From the NCBI GenBank assembly GCA_965226375.1, contig CBDDCX010000006.1:224001-288000 (forward strand): a stretch of 64,000 nt of DNA. Direction: 5' to 3'. Positions 28,033 through 38,263 of this stretch are shown piece after piece. Made by a program: the position numbers and the translations under genes. Position 1 is the stretch's first letter. Each line of letters opens with the position of its first letter. Source of the stretch: Longimicrobiales bacterium. GTDB lineage: Bacteria; Gemmatimonadota; Gemmatimonadetes; Longimicrobiales; Gaopeijiaceae. The notes under the pieces were generated by a model. It was not told where the DNA came from and made no database searches. It saw only the letters and a program-made list of their open reading frames with translations.

Positions 28033-28371
28033 CTACTGCTCCTTCAGGAGCGGGTGGTCCTCAGCCGCGTCCCAGAGCTGATCGTGTTGATGTCGTAGCC
28101 GGGTCAGGAGGCGTCCGCCTTCTGGAGAGAGCCGGTAGTGCCGTCTCGGTTTGCCGCCCCGGCCGGCCTCGGGTGCGGAGGTCCGGCACCGTGCCCAGCC
28201 TTTTTCTTCGAGGCGGTTCAGGGTGATGTGCGCGGCGGCGACGGACACGTCGCGCCCGCTCGCGGCCACTAGGGCCTCGTAGACTTGCCGGCCGGTGACT
28301 TCTTCCGCGAATCCGGCGAGGGTCAACAGAACGAGCTGCTCGAACTCTCCCGGCACCGATCCTCTACCCAC
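28033..28371 (-). CDS. PadR-family transcriptional regulator
   Basis: GEFEQLVLL, TLNRLEEKG, RGGKPRRHY; directly upstream of the ADOP permease. Confidence 0.88.
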   Translation of the reverse strand: MGRGSVPGEFEQLVLLTLAGFAEEVTGRQVYEALVAASGRDVSVAAAHITLNRLEEKGWARCRTSAPEAGRGGKPRRHYRLSPEGGRLLTRLRHQHDQLWDAAEDHPLLKEQ

Positions 28372-28549
28372 ATCCCCTCCCAGTTTCGCGGCAAAGACCA
28401 GAGTGGCGGTCACTCTGGCGGCGAGGAGGCAATTTAGTGGAATTAAACGGAGTCTGCAACTTTTGTTTCAGTTACTGGTCTGCGAGGGGAGTCGGCTATC
28501 CCGACGACGTCCGGCTTGCTGCTCCCTCCGCCACAACGCATGGTTCAAC

Positions 28550-30520
28550 ATGCCTGACCTGATGGATCTGGAGTTCGTCGCGCTTCAAGAAGCGCTGGTC
28601 GGCCGCTACTCCCTGGAGAGTGAGATCGGCCGTGGTGGGATGGGCATCGTCTACCTGGCGCACGAGGTTGCGCTCGACCGGCCGGTCGCGCTCAAGCTCC
28701 TGCCACCTGATATGGCCGTGCAGCCGGCCCTGCGGGAGCGCTTCCTACGGGAGGCCCGCACCGCGGCCAAGCTCTCCCACCCCAACGTCGTACCGATCTA
28801 TTCGGTGGACGAGGTCGACGACTTCGTCTTCTTTGTCATGGCGTATATCGACGGGGGGACGTTGGGTGAGAGGATTCGGGGTCGTGGCCCCATGCCGAGC
28901 CATCAGGCGGTCACCGTGCTGCGAGAGGTGGCGTGGGCGCTGGCATATGCGCACGCGGAAGGTGTGGTGTATCGGGACGTGAAGCCGGACAACATCCTAC
29001 TCGGGAAGGGCAGTGGCCGGGCGCTCGTCACAGACTTCGGCATCGCACAAGTCGGCCAGGAGCCGGGCACGACACACGATGGGGGAATACTCGGTACGGC
29101 GGAGTTCATCAGCCCGGAGCAGGCGAGCGGCGAAGACGTGGATGCCCGGAGTGATCTGTACTCACTAGGGATCGTGGGCTTCTACGCCCTCACCGGCCGT
29201 TTTCCGTTCGAGGACTCCGACGCCACGGCTTTGCTCACGAAGCACATGACGGAGCCCGCACCTCCGGTCGCCTCGGTAGCGCAGGAGGTGCCGACCGAGG
29301 TGGCGCGGGCCATCGACCGGTGTCTGCGGAAGCGCCCCGAAGATCGCTTCGCCGACGGTGCGATGCTCGCAGAGGCGATCGGCGAGGGCACCGAGGCGGA
29401 GCGCCAGCTACCCATCCCGGTACGGGTCTTCATGAAGCAGATCCGTGAGCTGGTTACCGGAGTGCCTTTGATTCTCATCATGTGGATGTCGGCACCCCTA
29501 GCCTGGATGTCACTCGTCCTAGGCGTCGTAGGCGGCCTGTTCTCTGCGGCCTGGGGGATCGGGGCGGGCGTGGCGTTCGCCCTGGTTTTGCTCGGCATCA
29601 CGTTCGGCCCCATAGGCGCGTTCGTGGCCCACACTCGCAGGCTTCTCCGGGCCGGTTTCGCGATCGAGGATGTGCGCCGGGCGTTCGAGCGGGACGTCGC
29701 CCGGCGTAACGAGGAGATCCGCTTCGAGTATGGCAAGGAGATCACCTGGATCGACCGAGGCCTCACGCCCCTCGCCTGGACCGGGGTCGGGTTGACCGTG
29801 GCTTCCGTCGCCGCTCTTGCCCTGGGTGCGCCGCAGTCTCTCGACCTGATCCCGGTCGTCTCCATCGAGGTCGCCCTTTGGTCGAGCATCCTCAAGGCGG
29901 GACGAAACAAACGAAGGCGAGACGCCATAGGTGAGTGGTGGCTGGGTCTTCTCAAGGGTAAGGTCGGAAAGTGGCTGTTCAAGCTGGGCGGACTGGGCCT
30001 CGAGAAGCGGTTGCTCAACCGAGGCGGTGCTCACCGTCCGACCGAGATGGCCATCGGGATCGCGGCCGATCGCCTGTTCGAGGAGTTGCCCAAGGCTACG
30101 AGGCGGGAGCTCCAGCGTCTGCCCGAGATGATCCAGAAGCTCGAGGTGGATGCCCAGGAGATGCGCCGTCAGGTCGACGAGCTGAACGGCGTCCTTGCCG
30201 AGATCGGTGATGACCCGGTGCGGGTGGGTACCGAGGAGCGTGCCAGCCTGCGTGCCGACCTGGAGGCGACGCGCGACCTGGCCCAGAGTCGCATGACCGA
30301 GGCCGTTTCCGCCCTCGAGAAGATCCGCCTCGGTCTGCTGCGATTACACGGCGGGGCCGGTAGCGTCGAGAGCCTTACGATGGACCTCAGTTCCGCGCAG
30401 GAGCTGTCCGATGACATCGACCACCTGCTGGCGGGTAAACGTGAGGTGGATGAACTGCTGGGGATCGCGCGGTCCACCCGTCGGTCTCCCCGGGAGCTGC
30501 TGACGCCGCAGCCGGCTTGA
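28550..30520 (+). CDS. Hanks-type Ser/Thr protein kinase with TM segments and C-terminal coiled coil
   Basis: GRGGMGIVY, VALK, YRDVKPDN, DFG, GTAEFISPEQ motifs. Confidence 0.93.
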   Translation: MPDLMDLEFVALQEALVGRYSLESEIGRGGMGIVYLAHEVALDRPVALKLLPPDMAVQPALRERFLREARTAAKLSHPNVVPIYSVDEVDDFVFFVMAYIDGGTLGERIRGRGPMPSHQAVTVLREVAWALAYAHAEGVVYRDVKPDNILLGKGSGRALVTDFGIAQVGQEPGTTHDGGILGTAEFISPEQASGEDVDARSDLYSLGIVGFYALTGRFPFEDSDATALLTKHMTEPAPPVASVAQEVPTEVARAIDRCLRKRPEDRFADGAMLAEAIGEGTEAERQLPIPVRVFMKQIRELVTGVPLILIMWMSAPLAWMSLVLGVVGGLFSAAWGIGAGVAFALVLLGITFGPIGAFVAHTRRLLRAGFAIEDVRRAFERDVARRNEEIRFEYGKEITWIDRGLTPLAWTGVGLTVASVAALALGAPQSLDLIPVVSIEVALWSSILKAGRNKRRRDAIGEWWLGLLKGKVGKWLFKLGGLGLEKRLLNRGGAHRPTEMAIGIAADRLFEELPKATRRELQRLPEMIQKLEVDAQEMRRQVDELNGVLAEIGDDPVRVGTEERASLRADLEATRDLAQSRMTEAVSALEKIRLGLLRLHGGAGSVESLTMDLSSAQELSDDIDHLLAGKREVDELLGIARSTRRSPRELLTPQPA

Positions 30521-30615
30521 TTGGCGCGTCGCCAGGCCATCGTGTTGCATTATATCATCCCATATCATACTGTACGGTATAATACTTCACAGTACAATCT
30601 TCGGAGACGCATCCG

Positions 30616-30996
30616 GTGGAAGACAAGCATCGACACGACGAGGGCCGGCTCGAAGACGACCTCCCGCTGAAGCCTCAGTGGTTCCATATCCTCCTCGCCC
30701 TGTCCGAGCAGGAACAGCACGGCTCGGGCATTGTGCGTGCCGTGTTAGAGCAGACCGACGACAAGCTGCGTCTATGGCCCGCCACGCTGTACGGGTCGTT
30801 AGAGGATCTGGAAGCCAAGGATTGGATCGCCGAGCTGACCGAACCCGCTGATCGCCCTGAGGGCGAGAGCGAGCGAAAGCGGATCTACCGCATCACGCCG
30901 TCGGGAGCCCGCGTTCTGGCCGCCGAAGCGAACCGACTCCAGTCTCTCGCCAGTGCGGCGTTGGCGAGGGTGGCAGCGGGCAAGGCGGCCGGATGA
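30616..30996 (+). CDS. PadR-family transcriptional regulator
   Basis: LPLKPQWFHILLAL, LWPATLYGSL, RKRIYRIT. Confidence 0.88.
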   Translation: MEDKHRHDEGRLEDDLPLKPQWFHILLALSEQEQHGSGIVRAVLEQTDDKLRLWPATLYGSLEDLEAKDWIAELTEPADRPEGESERKRIYRITPSGARVLAAEANRLQSLASAALARVAAGKAAG

Positions 30997-33701
30997 TGGA
31001 TCGGTTGGGCCGCCCGGCCTACCGGCTCTTGCTGCGACTCCTGCCGCCCGACTTCCGGGCCAAGCACGGGGCCGAGATGGAGGAGCTGTTCGCGGCAGCT
31101 CTTGGGCTCCATCGGCTGCGCGGGATGCCGTTGTGGATTCTCGGTTGGGTTCGTGGTGTCGCGGATATAGTGGAGTTGGCGATTCGGCTTCGGTCGAGAT
31201 GCCTGGAAGGGGAGAGAACGCTCTCAAGGGGGAATCGGATGGACGCGATGGTCCAGGATCTGCGCTTCGCGCTGCGCTCGTTATCGAAGGCCCGCGGGTT
31301 TGCGGTGGTGGGCGTGCTCACGTTGGCGCTCGGCATCGGCGCGAACACGGCAATCTTCAGCCTGATCAATGGGGTCCTGCTGCGCGCGCCGGAGCACATC
31401 GTGAACCCGGACGAGCTCGTCACAATCTGGACGTCGGACTTCTCCGGCCCGCCCTTCGGCGCCTCGTCCTACATGGACTATGTGGACTATCGGGACCGTT
31501 CCCCCGGAATCGAAGACGCAACAGCGGTCAGCCCGGGCGTCGTGAACATGGCGGGCGAGGACGGCGTCACTCAGATCCGATTGGCCGAGTTCGTCACCGG
31601 TAACTACTTCGACGTGCTCGGCGTGAGGCCTCGCCTCGGCCGATGGTTCACCGAAGACGAGGGGGACCCCACATCAGCGGCATCCGTTGCGGTGATCAGC
31701 GAGGGGCTCTGGGAGCGCGAGTTCGGTCTGGACCCCCGTGTGTTGGGTCGGACCGCCCGACTGTCTGGACAAACCGTCACGATCGTCGGTGTCGCTCCGG
31801 CCGGTTTCATGGGATCTCTTCCGCTCGTGACCCCAGACTTCTGGATTCCCTCGTCCACGCAGGCGCTGATTCAGGGCGACCAGCAGTTCCAGCGTAGGGG
31901 GTTCCGCGGGGTTCTGATTCGCGCCCGCCTGCGTGAGGGCGTCAGCATCGAAGCGGCTCAGGCCCAACTCGACGTCGTGGCGTCGCAGCTCTTCGAAGAG
32001 GACCCGGGATCCTGGACGGACGTCCGCGAGCAAGGGCGCCGGGTCAGTGTGGTGAAGGACTCCCGCCTGCCTCCGCAGGTGCAGACGGCGGCCAACGGGT
32101 TTGCCGCACTCTTGATGGCCGTCACGGGAATCGTCCTCCTGATCGCGTGTGCGAACGTGGCCAACCTGACACTTGCCCGGGCGTCTCGCCGCAACCGTGA
32201 GCTGGCCGTGCGCCTATCCCTGGGCGCCGGCCGGGGCCGAATCGTTCGTCAGCTACTCGCCGAGAGCGGCATCATCGGGTTGGTCGGCGGACTGGCCGGG
32301 GCGGCGCTGACCTTCGCGGGGGTCGCGTTCGCCGAGTCCTATCGTCCCGCCACCGGCGTCGCCATCTCCCTCGACCTGGGAGTCGATGGCACGGTGCTGC
32401 TGTTCAGCATCTCCGTTACAATGCTCACGGTGGTGGCGGTCGGGTTGCTGCCTGCGCTGAAGGCTTCGCGGCCCGATCTGGTGACCGACCTCAAGGAGGG
32501 CGGGGACGGAGCCGGCGCGGCACGCCGCTTGTTAAACCTGAAGAACCTTCTCGTGGTTGCGCAGGTCTCGGCTTCTCTCGTTCTTCTCGTGGGTGCGGGC
32601 CTTTTTCTCAAGAGTCTTCAGTCCGCCATGCGGCTGGACGCGGGGTTCGAGCCCGACGGGCTCGCCACGGTCGCGCTGAGCCTGGCTCGCGAGGGGTTCA
32701 GCGTAGAGGAGGCCGAGCTCTTCTTTGCGGATCTGAACGAGCGGGTGGCGGCTCTTCCGGGAGTAGAGTCCACGGCCCGGACGGACGCACTGCCTCTGAC
32801 GATTTCCGCGGGTAGACGGCGCGGCGTGACCGTTCCGGGCTACACGCCGCTCGAGGGCGAGGACATGGAGTTCCAGTTCTTCGCCGTGAGCCCGGGGTAC
32901 TTCTCGACCCTACGGAACCCACTGCGTGCGGGGAGGGAATTTGCCGCCGAGGACGGCCCCGAGGGAGCCGAAGCGGTGATCGTGAACGAGGCGTTCGCCG
33001 AGCACTTCTGGCCGGGTGAGGAGCCGCTGGGCAAGCTAGTCAACTGGAGTGGCAACGCGGATGCGCAGGTCGTGGGCGTGGCGGCCGACGCCGCGTACCG
33101 CACGCTCAACGAGGAGACGCGCATCGCGTTCTTTACTCCCTTGAGACAGACTCCGTCGGCCGCACAGACGCTCATCGCGCGCACGTCGCCCGATCGCGCC
33201 GAAGATCTACTCGGGCCGATCAGGGCCGAGGTCATGGCTCTCAACTCTCGGCTGCCGATCTCGTCGCTCCGCACGGTGAACGAAGCCGTCGCAGGCACAC
33301 TTCTGCCTCAGCGGATCGCCTCGTGGCTGCTCTCGATAGCCGGCGGACTGGGGCTGCTCCTGGCGTCCCTTGGGCTCTACGGTGTCATGTCGGTCGTAGT
33401 GGCCCAGAGGACTCGCGAGGTCGGAGTGCGGATGGCACTCGGAGCAAGCCAGGGCGATGTGGTTCGCATGGTGGTGCGGCAGGGTCTCCGTCTGGCGGTG
33501 GTCGGATCCGTCGTGGGACTTCTGCTCGCCGGCGGGGTGACGCGGTTCCTCGAGTCGCTGCTGTTCGGAGTGAACGCGCTCGATCCCGTGGTGTTCCTCG
33601 GGATGCCTCTAGCGGCTCTGCTGGTCGCGGGCGTGGCGAGTTTCCTGCCTGCGCGAAGGGCGGCGAGCGTCGATCCGGCGATCACGCTTCGGGAGGAGTA
33701 G
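30993..33701 (+). CDS. ADOP-type duplicated MacB/FtsX-like ABC permease
   Basis: LTLALGIGANTAIFS, LLIACANVANL, RTREVGVRMALGA, RAASVDPAITLREE. Confidence 0.92.
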   Translation: MMDRLGRPAYRLLLRLLPPDFRAKHGAEMEELFAAALGLHRLRGMPLWILGWVRGVADIVELAIRLRSRCLEGERTLSRGNRMDAMVQDLRFALRSLSKARGFAVVGVLTLALGIGANTAIFSLINGVLLRAPEHIVNPDELVTIWTSDFSGPPFGASSYMDYVDYRDRSPGIEDATAVSPGVVNMAGEDGVTQIRLAEFVTGNYFDVLGVRPRLGRWFTEDEGDPTSAASVAVISEGLWEREFGLDPRVLGRTARLSGQTVTIVGVAPAGFMGSLPLVTPDFWIPSSTQALIQGDQQFQRRGFRGVLIRARLREGVSIEAAQAQLDVVASQLFEEDPGSWTDVREQGRRVSVVKDSRLPPQVQTAANGFAALLMAVTGIVLLIACANVANLTLARASRRNRELAVRLSLGAGRGRIVRQLLAESGIIGLVGGLAGAALTFAGVAFAESYRPATGVAISLDLGVDGTVLLFSISVTMLTVVAVGLLPALKASRPDLVTDLKEGGDGAGAARRLLNLKNLLVVAQVSASLVLLVGAGLFLKSLQSAMRLDAGFEPDGLATVALSLAREGFSVEEAELFFADLNERVAALPGVESTARTDALPLTISAGRRRGVTVPGYTPLEGEDMEFQFFAVSPGYFSTLRNPLRAGREFAAEDGPEGAEAVIVNEAFAEHFWPGEEPLGKLVNWSGNADAQVVGVAADAAYRTLNEETRIAFFTPLRQTPSAAQTLIARTSPDRAEDLLGPIRAEVMALNSRLPISSLRTVNEAVAGTLLPQRIASWLLSIAGGLGLLLASLGLYGVMSVVVAQRTREVGVRMALGASQGDVVRMVVRQGLRLAVVGSVVGLLLAGGVTRFLESLLFGVNALDPVVFLGMPLAALLVAGVASFLPARRAASVDPAITLREE

Positions 33702-34068
33702 GGGGGGCCTCCCGGTTCCTGGCCGCCTTGACACTCTCTCTCCCGGCCGTCGTACGGATATGCGATGAGCCGTGTGGCAGGGGCCGATCAGGCTCAGTAC
33801 ATCGGCGACGTTGTGGGGGTTGGACAACGGGGTGGAGGAGTGTTGATGAGATCGCTTGCCATCGGACTGATCGTGCTCATGGGGACGGTGTGTTCGGCCG
33901 CCGATCCCGCGCCGACGAACTTCGAGAGCGAGGGACCGGAGCCGCCTTCGCTCCCCGCACGTGTTCCGAGACCAGGCGGAGTGGCTCGAGCCTATCCTCG
34001 GCATCGATCTGGCCCGGTTCGAGTTCCCGCCCCCACCGCCGTGAGGGGTAGGGGGTGCGAAGGACCGG

Positions 34069-34452
34069 CTAGGCCCCGGCTCCACGTGGGCGGATCTCGC
34101 CCATTACCTCCACGTCGACCTTGAACCCCCGGAACGTCGCGGGGATCTGCTCCGCAACGGTGGTGTCCGCGCGCACGAGGTAGACCTTGATGCACACGGT
34201 ATCGCCGCAGAGGCCGACCGCCGTTCCGTTGACACCAGGCAGCGCCATCACCGTCTTGGTGAGTTCTTCCTGAGCGGCGATGATGGCGTCGTCCGGCATG
34301 ACAGTCTCCTCTGTGGCGGCCGGGCTGGCGCCCTCTTCGGCCGACGGGTCATCGGCGGGCGCCCGGCCGGCGCCCCCGCACGCTACGGCGCTCCATAGCA
34401 GTAACGCCGTGAGGCAGAGGGCCCGGGCCGTGCGTCGCCACCGCTCTGTCAT
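34069..34452 (-). CDS. Small lipoprotein resembling the N-terminal domain of the adjacent protease
   Basis: Lipobox SAVAC; LPGVNGTAVG...IKVY...IP....G..VDVEV.GEI. Confidence 0.7.
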   Translation of the reverse strand: MTERWRRTARALCLTALLLWSAVACGGAGRAPADDPSAEEGASPAATEETVMPDDAIIAAQEELTKTVMALPGVNGTAVGLCGDTVCIKVYLVRADTTVAEQIPATFRGFKVDVEVMGEIRPRGAGA

Positions 34453-34480
34453 CGAACCTCCGAGCGGGGTAGACGCTCTC

Positions 34481-35458
34481 CTAGTTCCCGTCGATCGTCA
34501 GATCGCCGAAGCGGTGGAGGATCGGATCGATCGGGCTGATGATCGTCGATAGGCGTGAGCCGGCGAAGAGGAGTCCCACAGGCCTGCGATCGTCGTTGGA
34601 CGCCCGGCCTTTCCCGTCGACCACGACCAGGGATCCCGAATCGCCTCCGTCACTGAAGGCTCCAGGTGTGATGATGATCTGGCCAACAAAGCAGGCGACG
34701 CCGTTAGCGCCGTAGTTGACGCTTACAGTTGCGTTGATCGCATTCACCGAGCCCTTCGTCTGACCCGTGGTTCGGCCGAACTTCTTCACCTTCATATTGA
34801 GCGCGGCGCCGACGGTCGTCGATGAGGGCGTCCCGTAGCCAGCGCTGGGGGTGGAGTTGCCGAGGGAGTCGGCGTCGGCGAGAGCGATCGCGGCGTCCAT
34901 TTCGTTGGTAGGGCTTGCGTCCATGACGTTAATGGTGTTGCAGGCGCCTTCGAAGACGATCGGCTCGAAGTCCGCGAGCGTCCCGATGTCGTCGTCTGGA
35001 CTGGTCCCCCCGTCGACATCGCCGGGTTGGATGACCGCGTCACCGATCGTGGCGTCGTTCTGGTCGGCGTACACGTGGTTGTTGCTCAGCGCCCAGACGT
35101 TCCCGTTTCCGTCCGTGACGCGCGCTCCGATGGTCCCAGCCGAGATGTCGGGGTGCCCAGTCGACACGCCGATCGGCACCGGCCGGTCCCAGCGTTCCGT
35201 TGGCGACGGCTCCGGCTCGGGGTCCGGTTCGGGGTCCGGATCGGGGGGAGGATCGTCGTCACACGGATCGAGCTTCCCCTTCCCACAGGTCGGTTTCCCC
35301 TGCGGCTTCGCCTGTGGTGGCGCCTGCCAGTCGAGTGCGCTGATCCTTCCTACGACCAACACCTCGACGCCCTCGGGCACGGAGACGCCCGCGTGTTCCA
35401 CCAACACCACGGCGGTCGGAAGTCCATCATTGCCGAGCGCGACGGCGGAACCGACCAC
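34481..35458 (-). CDS. Trypsin-like (Nal1-like) serine protease; 5' end uncertain
   Basis: RPVPIGVS, AGTIG, LSNNHV (His), DAAIA (Asp), KFGRTTG, GDSGS (Ser). Confidence 0.82.
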   Translation of the reverse strand: MVGSAVALGNDGLPTAVVLVEHAGVSVPEGVEVLVVGRISALDWQAPPQAKPQGKPTCGKGKLDPCDDDPPPDPDPEPDPEPEPSPTERWDRPVPIGVSTGHPDISAGTIGARVTDGNGNVWALSNNHVYADQNDATIGDAVIQPGDVDGGTSPDDDIGTLADFEPIVFEGACNTINVMDASPTNEMDAAIALADADSLGNSTPSAGYGTPSSTTVGAALNMKVKKFGRTTGQTKGSVNAINATVSVNYGANGVACFVGQIIITPGAFSDGGDSGSLVVVDGKGRASNDDRRPVGLLFAGSRLSTIISPIDPILHRFGDLTIDGN

Positions 35459-35646
35459 ACCAGGCGAGGCGAGGAGTCCTTTGGGGATCTGTCTCTGGAG
35501 ACGAAGCGCGCTGGGCAGGTGCCGGAGTGGGATTGCAAGTCGGGAGGGGAGGAGTTGGCCCCTCGCTGCCGTGTCGCACCAAGGTTGGCGCTCCTAGAAT
35601 ACGACTTGCCACCACCCGCGATCACTATGAGTCCAGGAAGTACCCC

Positions 35647-37059
35647 ATGCACCCAGCCGTTTCGAAGTGGACAAGCATGCTGACCCTCGCCCTGCTTTTG
35701 GCCGTCGTCCCCACCGGGATCGCGGCACAGGTAGACCTGACCGCCCTCCAGGACGAAGCCGTCCAGTGGCTCCAGGACTACATCAGCATCAACACGATCA
35801 ACCCGCCGGGGAACGAAATCCGAGGCGCGCGTTTTTTCGCCGGGATCTTCGACGCCGAAGGAATTCCGTATGAGATCGCCGAGTCGGCTCCGGGTCGTGG
35901 CAACATCTGGGCGCGGCTCGAAGGCGGCACTGAACCCGCAATGGTTCTGCTCCACCACATGGACGTGGTCCCCGCCGACGAGCGCTTCTGGAGCACCGAC
36001 CCCCTCTCGGGTGACCTGCGCGACGGTTACATCTACGGGCGCGGCGCCTTGGACACCAAGACGAGCGGCATCCTGCACCTCGCGTCGTTTCTCGCGCTCC
36101 ATCGCTCGGGCACGCCGCTCAAGCGGGACATCATCTTCATGGCCACGGCGGACGAGGAGGCGGGGGGTTTCTTCGGTGCCGGATGGCTGGCGGAGAACAG
36201 ACCGGAGATCTTCGAGGGTGTCGGGTTCCTGCTGAACGAGGGCGGCGGGGGCGAGGATGTATCAGGCAATATCCAGTTCGGCCTCGAGGTCACCCAGAAG
36301 GTGCCCTATTGGATCAGGGTCACGGCTTCGGGCGAGCCGGGGCATGGATCGAGGCCCCTGGTCTCCTACGCGTCTATCAAGTTGGTGGAGGCCTTGGATC
36401 GCCTGCGTCGCCACAGCTTCGACGCGCGCATCGTCCCCGCGGTCGATGAGCACCTCAAGGGCATGGCGGCGGGGCACCCGGAGCCCTGGCGGTCCCGTTT
36501 CGCGGATCTCGCGTCGGTTCTCGACGAACCCGGCCTTCTGCTCGAGCTTCAGGAGTACGACCCCGGGCTGCACGCATTAACGCGCAACACATGCTCCATC
36601 ACCCGGTTCGAGGGTAGTCCGAAGATCAACGTCGTCTCCCCGGAGGTGACCGCGGAGATCGATTGCCGGCTGCTGCCCGATCAAGACCCCGATGTTTGGC
36701 TCGCAGAGTTGCGTGGCGTGCTCGGCTCCGAGGTAGACGTCGAGGTCATCATGGGATTCAGCCCCGCGGTTTCTTCGACCGACACCGAGCTTTATCGCAC
36801 CATTCGTGACGTGACGCTCGAGGTTTTTCCCGACGCCAACTTCGTCCCCCAGGTGCTGGGCGGGTTTACCGACAGCCACTTTTTCAGGGATCTGGGCATT
36901 GTGAGCTACGGATACGAGGCCACTGCGACGCCCCAGGCCGACGCGAGTGGCGTGCACGGAAACGACGAGCGCGTGACGGAAGAGAATGTGCGTCGCGGTG
37001 TGACGATGACGCTCGAGATCCTTCAACGATTCGCGGCCACGCGGCGCATCATGGAGTAG
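35647..37059 (+). CDS. Secreted M20/M25/M40 metallopeptidase
   Basis: HHMDVVP, GRGALDTK, ADEEAGG, NEGG, GHGS, HGNDER motifs. Confidence 0.92.
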   Translation: MHPAVSKWTSMLTLALLLAVVPTGIAAQVDLTALQDEAVQWLQDYISINTINPPGNEIRGARFFAGIFDAEGIPYEIAESAPGRGNIWARLEGGTEPAMVLLHHMDVVPADERFWSTDPLSGDLRDGYIYGRGALDTKTSGILHLASFLALHRSGTPLKRDIIFMATADEEAGGFFGAGWLAENRPEIFEGVGFLLNEGGGGEDVSGNIQFGLEVTQKVPYWIRVTASGEPGHGSRPLVSYASIKLVEALDRLRRHSFDARIVPAVDEHLKGMAAGHPEPWRSRFADLASVLDEPGLLLELQEYDPGLHALTRNTCSITRFEGSPKINVVSPEVTAEIDCRLLPDQDPDVWLAELRGVLGSEVDVEVIMGFSPAVSSTDTELYRTIRDVTLEVFPDANFVPQVLGGFTDSHFFRDLGIVSYGYEATATPQADASGVHGNDERVTEENVRRGVTMTLEILQRFAATRRIME

Positions 37060-37063
37060 GCAT

Positions 37064-37528
37064 ATGGACCATCACCCGGAGGGACATGAACACCCGACCG
37101 ATCCGAGCGAGGGGCGCGTCAGGCTAGCCACCAGCGCGACGGCGCACTGCCTGGCCGGCTGCGGCCTAGGGGAGGTTGTCGGAGTCATCATCGGGATCGC
37201 GATGGGCCTGAGCACCGTGGCCACGATCGTGCTGGCTGTGATTCTCGGTTTCGTCTTCGGGTTCGCATTGGGCCTGATCCCACTGCTTCGGGCCGGGTTC
37301 TCGCGCTCCTGGGCGTTCAAGCAGGTGCTGGTGGCCGAAGGCTTGAGCATCGCGGTCATGGAGACGGCCGAGGTTCTGGTCGAGGTCTACACCCCGGGCG
37401 TCATGACGTCGGGTCTAGCGAGCCCGATCTTCTGGATCGGGATGCTGGCGGCCCTGACGGCGGGCTTCATCACCGCGTGGCCGGTGAACTATTGGCTCGT
37501 GGGGAAGGGTATCCGGCATATCCACTAA
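37064..37528 (+). CDS. DUF4396-like membrane protein
   Basis: ATAHCLAGCGLGEVVG, SIAVME, WPVNYWL..KG. Confidence 0.8.
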   Translation: MDHHPEGHEHPTDPSEGRVRLATSATAHCLAGCGLGEVVGVIIGIAMGLSTVATIVLAVILGFVFGFALGLIPLLRAGFSRSWAFKQVLVAEGLSIAVMETAEVLVEVYTPGVMTSGLASPIFWIGMLAALTAGFITAWPVNYWLVGKGIRHIH

Positions 37529-37597
37529 CGCCGATCGGCCGGCGCTTGGTGGCCTCCACTCGTCGTGTCGGCTCGTTGCTAACGGCTTCGAGTGGCT

Positions 37598-38263
37598 CTA
37601 CGGATCCAACCGCTCGAACTGATGCCTGAAGTAGTCGGACCAGCTAGCCGGTAGTGCCGGCACCGCAATGGCCTTCTCCAAGAGGGCAACGTTCTTCCGT
37701 TGGGTGGTATAGAGACTCGTGACATTAGCGACGGATAGCCCGTCCGGATGCTCAGAGAGCAACTCGATGGCATCTCCCGCCTTCACCTCGCCCTCCTCGA
37801 CGACGCCGAAATAGAAGCCGCTTCGCTCACTCTGAAGAAAGCGTTTCACCATGTCCGGGCGGTCGAAGCGCACGTTCAGCTTGACGCACGGCATGCGCGG
37901 CTCAGTCACCACCAAGCGCGTTGTGCCAATCCCGAATTCGTCACCGATGTGCACCGAGGCCTCGTCTGTGCCGTCCACGGTGAAGTTCTCCCCGAAATGG
38001 CCCCACCCGAAGTCGACCTCCGGTAGCTCGGTACGCCAGTAGTCGTAGTGGTGTGAAGGATAGACGTAGACCGATTTGGTGGGTCCGCCGTGCACGGAGA
38101 GGTCGGCCTGCCGGTCTCCGGCCAGATTGTACCCGCGTAGAGCCACCGGGCCTTCCACCGGCCTCTTGAAGATGCCGGTGACGATGTCTTGGCCCTTCCA
38201 CGAAACGGTCGTGGGCAGCCCCACGTTCACGGAAACCAATTTCATAGGTGTTCGATCGATCAC
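37598..38263 (-). CDS. MOSC-domain protein (YiiM-like)
   Basis: GDRQADLSVHGG, FGENF, PRMPC.KL. Confidence 0.92.
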   Translation of the reverse strand: MIDRTPMKLVSVNVGLPTTVSWKGQDIVTGIFKRPVEGPVALRGYNLAGDRQADLSVHGGPTKSVYVYPSHHYDYWRTELPEVDFGWGHFGENFTVDGTDEASVHIGDEFGIGTTRLVVTEPRMPCVKLNVRFDRPDMVKRFLQSERSGFYFGVVEEGEVKAGDAIELLSEHPDGLSVANVTSLYTTQRKNVALLEKAIAVPALPASWSDYFRHQFERLDP

